A stretch of DNA of 64,000 bases, taken from positions 251,008 through 315,007 of the forward strand of contig JAHEXY010000005.1 of NCBI GenBank assembly GCA_023251875.1, given 5' to 3'. Each line of letters begins with the position of its first letter. The first letter of the stretch is position 1. Positions 60,101 to 64,000 of this stretch are shown piece by piece. The DNA is from Bacteroidota bacterium. GTDB lineage: Bacteria > Bacteroidota > Bacteroidia > JAHEXY01. The notes below the pieces were generated by a model that saw only the letters and a program-made list of their open reading frames with translations, was not told where the DNA came from and made no database searches. Position numbers and translations under genes: made by a program.

Positions 60101-61127
60101 TATCCCAAAAGCAGGCAATACTTTTATCGGGCAAAGAGGCAGAAGGCAGGGATGAATTATCATCAGGCAAAGCAGTAGCTGTAGTAGTAAAAGTAAGAAC
60201 ACCATTTAAGGATACCATAAAGCTGCTTACTTCTTCGTCAAAAAATTTAAAACTAAAAGGCAGGGCTGTGGCAGCAGACCATTTATTGGCAGAACTTGCA
60301 CCAAGTAATGTTGTCCATCCTGTTTTATAATCATCGGCAGTAGTATTTACTCCAAGCGGATTGCCTTTTTTGCGGTAATAGTTGGCGGTGTAATTATCGG
60401 TGGTAAGGGTATCGTAAGAAGGTGAAAAAGTATAAAAATAATTATTGGCATAAGCCGTTGAGGTAGATTGAAGTGTGGCTGAAGAAGAATACGTCATACC
60501 TTCTGCAGAATATTTTTGAATGCCAATGGTAGAAGAAAGTTTGCTTGAAACTCCGGCTGTGGTTATACCGTTATACAAATCAACCATATAAATATTACTT
60601 GTACCTTCCTCGAGTACGCAGGCAAAATAATTATTGGCTTCGACACCCATTTTCATGGAATACCATTTGATCCAAAGCTGGCGGTGAGGTGAGCTTCCTA
60701 TTGTGGTGTAATATACGAAATCATCTGCATTGGTGCCCCCCAAGCTTGGGAATGCATCCCAAAAACAAGCAATGCTCATTTTAGGAAAATAAGCTGAGGG
60801 AAGTGAAGTGTTTTCACCGGGAATAACTACGCCTGTATTGGTGGTATCGAAAGTAACAAGACCATTGCAGCTTACTTTAAAGTGTGTAACATTTTCGCCA
60901 TAAAAGTGAAATTTAAAGCTCGATGGCAAGGCAATGGCTTTAGACCAATTGTTCACTTTTGCTGATGCACTTAAAGCAGTTGTCCACCCGGTAAAATAGG
61001 CATCGGCTGTGGTATTAAGCAGGTGTGGGTTACTTCCTGATGAAGCACTCATGGTATAAGTTACATCCTGTGCTTGTGATACACTAAGTAGTGTAAGGAA
61101 GCTTAAAAGTAGAAGAAGGTTTTTCAT
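51183..61127 (-). CDS. Giant RHS/YD-repeat polymorphic toxin (~3314 aa): signal peptide, three NIDO-like repeats, DUF6443-like region, RHS core and 223-aa C-terminus
   Basis: MKNLLLLLSFLTLLSVSQA signal (ATG 61127); YD repeats; YELKDHLGNMR, DYYPFGM, YRYGYQGKE, YDFGAR and RWLSLDPLA...DPINMVDPDG. Confidence 0.9.
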   Translation of the reverse strand: MKNLLLLLSFLTLLSVSQAQDVTYTMSASSGSNPHLLNTTADAYFTGWTTALSASAKVNNWSKAIALPSSFKFHFYGENVTHFKVSCNGLVTFDTTNTGVVIPGENTSLPSAYFPKMSIACFWDAFPSLGGTNADDFVYYTTIGSSPHRQLWIKWYSMKMGVEANNYFACVLEEGTSNIYMVDLYNGITTAGVSSKLSSTIGIQKYSAEGMTYSSSATLQSTSTAYANNYFYTFSPSYDTLTTDNYTANYYRKKGNPLGVNTTADDYKTGWTTLLGASSANKWSAATALPFSFKFFDEEVSSFMVSLNGVLTFTTTATALPDDNSSLPSASLPDKSIACFWDKAATKTSSNDMVYYYVSGKAPNRQLWIKWYSMKYGSTATENNFFACVLEETSNRIYMVDLYNGSGAITNTSSVGLQYNSSVAIDYGSSLYLKSESTGLWNNNYFMFSPVYESPLLSYTQPNKAYQLSSWLPYNTASTIYDSSVPTSDGWTAISGYSTLASITSWSSAITMPFNFLFFGEAVSSFKVTPNGLLTFSSSTNLLPSVNENLPSSSLPDKTIACYWDDYPTTNLGSNDVVYYKVTGSEPNRLLWVRWYSMCTGNPYVSDNFYGCMLQESNNYIYIIDMYYNKTKYTNNSMTMGVQYNGSYAIQYGDDYTRLQSPSVQLSDNYFYMFVPEKGDTQVVYTQAELEAGETKPLCSPYDDDCTDKTVNSAYLNLELSTGEGYQFGSKNEFKEEVTFTLTPYTLTSTGSESSNITLSINQNQPKQLYREEITSSYEDLIGYKIKITSYDSLNNLVHDSLQLKAYYTSDLGVDVTDVSLSTQAITSPCSSNPVTLSWQAKNCGDDVPGYEVQIMRLYNTSSTYEDIEEAVSTTINWDHALSILTESSNTSLSLTLTEGTGYYIWRVRPIGTYYENGYGNSQNWGNWSDAYDESDGTKTYSKTTDLSSTEKKFMFYYQQFDTDKNWIYNRTFTEQNKIAEGISYGTGLGQLVQTQRKLQEIDSVLMSQTVYDYVGRPAIQSMVAPVNQDSLGYHKMLIQDTSGNAYNVQDFDVNSRTKFADDLDSVPIWENPLPMVGPINNYFSDLNSDINIPAADSFAFSRTLYHQDGRVKKQSLFGAEHRMGLYDQTYIDGGMQRTVRTYYSAVSDTALLKVFGNQAPADSSVYKIVRVDPNEMPTVEYKTLDGKTIATCLISTGDHPLLDDISTNTIYETKQIKSTVQLNDYTLLKEASIYFADPTVTPTYAYYFNVKDFKANCVDYCSTCDYTLNIYGIREETNELKFDTTIIIGPSSCDEDYTDTIVVTDDISCSDPGNYRFGCRISVNTYNSDSMRYADYHGMQIDSLMDIQNSKFDTLFTYLEEEDLVLDELYTFIDDLPTEQYTTTMVVGSDVSVGSSSSTNILNPLGTSGGGNGVINNIGGGNIGGGPSYTSVQYVETENDLWVSSTDTIDDIPYYNIASSCCTVAVPKIDCGFDLCSEWWIDYDLSDGTSIDEINSGASKEYSNGSETYKDIIEANKGYYDFESVLTDKAIDEGWTDSYDIALEDKLYRYFKDKYGDYTYPSGDYHTEAKIYIDAGQYDFDDHPNYLGSTLTMSITQNGTEVVSYVNTLEDEADTTSSETERDIAQDYLIYDPDYNFNGDEHPYNNDEDKNTATTEGDFLHRSCAYSSGSSDCDKYFTGYELAKSMWAYLNQTYPNYEFSVSSLENDKYTITIKMNFVDHPELEATTFGLNFTSTNTNIADHISFDDFELHNPSTTFQYGNGAFNAMANHMIQEDGYDCYTIMTIWEGLANNYNDMKDTYGYDLLDEFLKAAGKMYTGYAYEPYDTSFTDADAYSGFPGSDGQNDPSHETRTHYGYLEYAYKSFYEPDFIKMDEYPNESYTDQELVLNNQQENCLSMMGISNFKDAMSKWTNPTETDENGNPEWDTESCGTYAWWDPSTGKVIGDEKDEDGACKVWEQLYTCLNSDLENIVEEEDEAGTFSSCSNTPSLTCTQEITGAMVDSAQKICEYRGPTISTRLQKLDATIYPNSVLSDYVADEIVSKLKNQISITIQDDDANNIPESIATDNEMASIYKIMMMPLEVSTEEPANFTGKVNVEKLFAKTTVSYADMQAYVVNKMIQKAGNAPVKASEMLSELEETDAKFKLGSFVKSGLGSYFKPDSLIKKAGSNGSVKVTVKDGKLILATTSGIGASATTTYRELYKSPINPSYSLGPVTGEWKSTFSWLNLNTSHILSPATECDPRLVEYVRNAISEQLLDCKNYERDTTVAIYKAACTLPTNITDSFTIKYSVDYHQYTLFFYDVAGNLVQTVPPKGADVMDMDTNDDGIIDQRPTLQDEKNHTLTTDYSYNSLGQRIYEKTPDGGVKQFWYNSIGQLRFSQNEVQKADNDYAYIKYDDLGRIIEAGRCANADADFEDNVDDQDYPSSSCKEQIYTVFTEAYSETTLSDEQRYIQNRVSYAYTGDEIYTIYSYDPHGNVEWLIQRIPGMDDKKIAYEYDLITSKVKKVKYNEGYEDQFFHRYSYDSDNRIKTVETSRDGVIWDKDATYEYYAYGPLKRVSIGEDNIQGLDHVYTLNGWLKAINHQSLSSTYDPGKDGNTAYGNFPTDAFGMTLGYFNGDFKRGIDNNKDGTLDQFSVFNSEFYDNASPYYNTGIQQMSWDMPDATGSTTGASYTQLFNGTITNMAYNTASTTSSTSNSYDGKVKGFMYKYDELYRLVQSNFDYYNGSSWVNGNDADGKGDYFSSYEYDKNGNITSLNRNGYYTSSNKLGMDALSYVYNNETNQLNSVNDLISSGNYGTDLDDQKTDNYTYNANGQLTADVASGVSKIEWGLNGKVSKVTKSDGTTLNYTYDALGNKISKTETGKLGVSSTTSYYVRDANGSEMAIYKGEYTTSGTGILSGSSSGTGLGSGTAPSLGSGSTTTTTSLTLKELPIYAAGGRLGTVKDEVNVTSISKTSETGTFTRSTGFKFYELKDHLGNMRAVVSDEKNAAINATTGAPENFTADVVSLADYYPFGMEMPGQTVSSSDYRYGYQGKEKETELMGNAVAYDFGARILDARVGRWLSLDPLAEKFAGESPYSAMANDPINMVDPDGMAPEPARIISAEQRVLGVSGGILGRGEFGFGHASYLARVPNANGNGYRYYLIATVYVGGSAGLEAGGTLTASTGVAICYSQVESKDNSPVTIDEVVDAIGGWDKEVEIGGEGSAEIGGKVSVEGSSPLFENTETKSDGMCVAGEVEAGVSGGVYVSAGVEFEHVLGYKEVTPTEVELKELEKIDNQQSGPQMSDEERLHIEKRDRLQPVDKSLPKQAPTRLAR

Positions 61128-61152
61128 GGTACAAATATTAGTTGTTCGTTGA

Positions 61153-61186
61153 CCTCGCCCCCGACCCCTCTCCAAAGGAGAGGGGA
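61153..61186. repeat. REP-like element
   Basis: cctcgcccccgacccctctccaaaggagagggga. Confidence 0.7.
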
Positions 61187-61379
61187 GGAAAAAAGGATTT
61201 TGATTGTATGTTGTGTTTAATGTATTAATAGATTGTTTTTATTTCAATTTCAATTTGTTTGGTTTTCGGTTTTGATCTCGTTTGTTTTTAGTTGCGATTG
61301 TATTTTAACTATTAGATTATCAATATTTTAATAAGTTAATTGTGTTTTATGTATGGGTTTTATCTCTTGTTTTTAGTTG

Positions 61380-61491
61380 TGTGGCTTCGACAAGCTCAGC
61401 CACCATTCGACAAGTTCAGCCACCAATTATTAACTACATCTATAACTTCAGTTATTTCAGAGATTCGGTGGCTGAGCTTGTCGAAGCCACA
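61380..61491. repeat. REP doublet (REPIN-like): 25-bp perfect inverted repeat plus a partial third copy
   Basis: tgtggcttcgacaagctcagccacc (61380-61404) / ggtggctgagcttgtcgaagccaca (61467-61491); partial copy at 61406-61424. Confidence 0.8.
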
Positions 61492-61501
61492 GAATCTCAT
61501 T

Positions 61502-64000
61502 TTATTCTCTTCTTTCAGCCGGTATATTGTATTGTGTTTCTGCCACGGTTCTTATGCCTCTTTCGGTTTCTCTAAGCTTTCGAATCAGTTTACCTTCCTG
61601 GTTATACTGGTAATTGATGGCAAAGTGCTGATCATCAAATTGGGTTAGTAATTTATAAGTTGCCGGATCGTACACATAACAGTTAACTTTTGCATTGAGA
61701 GGTTGTATGCGCACATCATCAATATACACTCCCATAACTGCGGTTGCATCATCATTAAAATCAATTAATAAGTCAATAAATAATGATAAGTCAGTAAGCT
61801 TGCTTTCATCTTTTTCCACCCAATCTTCTATTTTTGCTTCATATAAAGCCCATTCACCGGTTTGGGCTACTTTTTCAAATAAAACATCATTAAAAGCATT
61901 TGAAACAGAACGAAATTGAAAAGTTGTAGAATTATTTGGGGGAATTTTAGCCCAAAATTTTATGGACATACCATCTTCTATTAGTTGAGAACTTATGTTA
62001 ATATTGGATAAAAAGGCATAGCCTCTATAAATGTCAGTACTTCCGCTTCCTTGCTCAGTCATTTTAGTTTCCAATGAATTTGTTCCGGAATGTGCTGTTT
62101 CGTCTGAAAGAGAGGTGTAAAGATTTGCGGTTGTTATTTCCTCGAAACAAGTATAGCTAGTTTCATCACATTCTTTTTTATTTTCAAAACTTTCAAATAT
62201 TACATCATCATATTGGGCATTTGCAGCAGTTAAGTAAACCAAGTTATTGTTGTAACCAAATTTATTTACGCTGTATATATCGAGAATATTTTTTTCTTCC
62301 AGCATATTGCCATGAGGAGAATAAGAAGTAATTGTGTTGGTGTTTAGCCAATTGTTGTCGAGGCTGTTTTCTACATCTTCATAATCAAACAGTTTGACAT
62401 CATTCATGATGCCCGATTCATAAATTTTTAGATTTGAAGCATGCATATCTGTAATGTCGTCTTTGTAAACATAGCTCGATTGCATTCTCCATTTTCCTTT
62501 TTCTCCTTTTTCATAAGGATTAGAGATGCTGCCTATATCGTAAATATTTTCAAGATTATCATCCATTGCCCAGTCTTGAGAATAATAAGCGGCATTGGTT
62601 GAAATAACATTGTTGAGCAAATAAGTAGAATAGGTAGTGCTATAGGTTGGTTTTTCAAAACTACCGTAAGAAACTATATTTCCGCAAGAAGCAGAAAGTT
62701 GGTTGGTACGAGCACTTTTTAGAATTTCAATACTACTAATTTTATCTCCTGTTTTTCCATAGCTAAAATTAGAGGTAGCGTATAAAGAAATCGCAGTAGT
62801 ACTTGAAACTGTATTAACGTTATATATACCTATTAGGGAATTGCCATTATAGGCAGCAATTAGATCTCCGGAAAACAATAAATCTGTTAAGGTGCTATAG
62901 CTAGTGCCACTTATTGATGCAACTTGTGGAGCAATAGTAGATAACTTCCAATCTCCTAATTCAATTGTTCGGCCTTCATAATTTGCTTTTTGTCCCATTT
63001 TCTCAAAATTTTGATAAGCAGGAAAATTCCAGTTGATGTATTTTCCCTGGTGTTTTGAGCCTAATGTAAACTCTCTTTGATCGTATTGGCCGGATTGTTC
63101 TTGCACAACAGCATCGCCACTATTGGGGTCGAAATATTTATTGTGAACAGTAGTGCGTACTCCATCCTGGTAGGATGTTATGCTTTTTACAAAACAAGGC
63201 GAATAAATTACTTTGTTGGTAACATGTGTATATAAATGTGTTTTATCGTTGGTTTCAGATGGTAAAGGAATGGCAAAAGCTATAGCGGCCACCACACAGT
63301 TGGCTACACCAATTTCCCAGTTTAGGGTTGTGCTGTGTTTTTCTTCCGATACTTTGCGTGACTCGGTAATTACTTCGGTTTCTTTGCCCAGAGGTTCTTC
63401 TCCATAACTAGTAAGGCTATTCATTACAGGCAATTCTTCAAGAGGATTAAAATAATTATAGGTGGTGCTGCTTACTTCTGTAAGCTCATCTACATTATCT
63501 ATGTTTTCATAATCGCCTGAATACTGGGTTGTTTTTTTGGTTTGCCCATGCATGTTGTTAATTACAAATCGAAAGCCTTGTGTAGCCCAACAATCGAAAG
63601 TAACTTTGTTACTGAAAAAACCATACTCAGGGCTTGGATCTTCTTTTATCTTGGTAATTTTACTTGCTTCAGCACCTTCAACACTTACGGTATTGCCATC
63701 ACTATCGGTATACGTATAGGTTGCATCAAAAGGATAATCTTTGGCTGTATAGTACTCGTAGCAACTTATACCATCGTTGGTATTTATTTCGTGTATGTTT
63801 TTTACCAGTACTCTTGAATAACCCACCGAAGCCGAAGGCAGTACGTTTTCTCCCATTGGGCCTTCGAACCAGGATTTGTCTTCACCCACAGCCATTACCT
63901 GATCGTTGGTTGATTCAGAGCGTTTTTTCAAATATCCGATAAGGGCATTTTCTTCGCGGCCTTCAGAAGGTTCATTGCTGGCTACTCCACTACAAGTACC
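61502..64000 (-). CDS. C-terminal part of a large YD-repeat-like protein (RHS-locus shell partner); 5'-partial
   Basis: Frame is open to the window end (GTCSGVASNEPSEGREEN...); VGYSRVLV; C-terminal DDVRIQP...YVYDP...YQYNQEGKL; no DPxG tip. Confidence 0.7.
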   Translation of the reverse strand, partial: GTCSGVASNEPSEGREENALIGYLKKRSESTNDQVMAVGEDKSWFEGPMGENVLPSASVGYSRVLVKNIHEINTNDGISCYEYYTAKDYPFDATYTYTDSDGNTVSVEGAEASKITKIKEDPSPEYGFFSNKVTFDCWATQGFRFVINNMHGQTKKTTQYSGDYENIDNVDELTEVSSTTYNYFNPLEELPVMNSLTSYGEEPLGKETEVITESRKVSEEKHSTTLNWEIGVANCVVAAIAFAIPLPSETNDKTHLYTHVTNKVIYSPCFVKSITSYQDGVRTTVHNKYFDPNSGDAVVQEQSGQYDQREFTLGSKHQGKYINWNFPAYQNFEKMGQKANYEGRTIELGDWKLSTIAPQVASISGTSYSTLTDLLFSGDLIAAYNGNSLIGIYNVNTVSSTTAISLYATSNFSYGKTGDKISSIEILKSARTNQLSASCGNIVSYGSFEKPTYSTTYSTYLLNNVISTNAAYYSQDWAMDDNLENIYDIGSISNPYEKGEKGKWRMQSSYVYKDDITDMHASNLKIYESGIMNDVKLFDYEDVENSLDNNWLNTNTITSYSPHGNMLEEKNILDIYSVNKFGYNNNLVYLTAANAQYDDVIFESFENKKECDETSYTCFEEITTANLYTSLSDETAHSGTNSLETKMTEQGSGSTDIYRGYAFLSNINISSQLIEDGMSIKFWAKIPPNNSTTFQFRSVSNAFNDVLFEKVAQTGEWALYEAKIEDWVEKDESKLTDLSLFIDLLIDFNDDATAVMGVYIDDVRIQPLNAKVNCYVYDPATYKLLTQFDDQHFAINYQYNQEGKLIRKLRETERGIRTVAETQYNIPAERRE

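Noticed and set aside
1326-60330. Numerous short shadow ORFs in the six-frame track
   Set aside because: They overlap well-supported genes on the opposite strand or in another frame and have no recognisable motifs.
61128-61175. N-terminal extension MERGRGRGQR... of the 3330-aa ORF
   Set aside because: It is partly translated REP sequence; the signal peptide begins at ATG 61127.
61340-61648. ORFs 61340-61648 and 61342-61575 (+)
   Set aside because: They are translations of the REP doublet and are antisense to a real gene.

Overview
AT-rich Bacteroidota chromosomal segment, judged from gldB/gldC, many T9SS cargo proteins and TAnnTTTG promoters. Bases 1-44.2 kb are mostly housekeeping and envelope genes (kmo, polyprenyl synthase, pheS, fumC, gldBC, miaE, kdsD, pckA, M23/M32 peptidases, an MltD-like transglycosylase) mixed with T9SS-secreted proteins. 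Bases 44.4-64 kb form an accessory minus-strand polymorphic-toxin locus: a partial YD-shell-like protein, a ~3300-aa signal-peptide RHS protein, and two paralogous 'shell-less' RHS-like proteins (signal peptide + transglutaminase-like Cys/His domain + RHS PxxxxDPxG cleavage motif + unrelated C-termini, one a HExxH metalloprotease). No immunity genes are visible. Instead, different type II toxin-antitoxin modules sit antisense between the toxin genes. Each is preceded on the operon strand by a boxA-like GTTCTTTGAAATATTG motif, and the two intact modules are bracketed by inverted-repeat stalks. Palindromic REP-like elements are also inserted in-frame in the two paralogs. No rRNA, tRNA, CRISPR array, integrase or transposase was recognised. 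All domain calls come from motif recognition by eye; no database searches were run.
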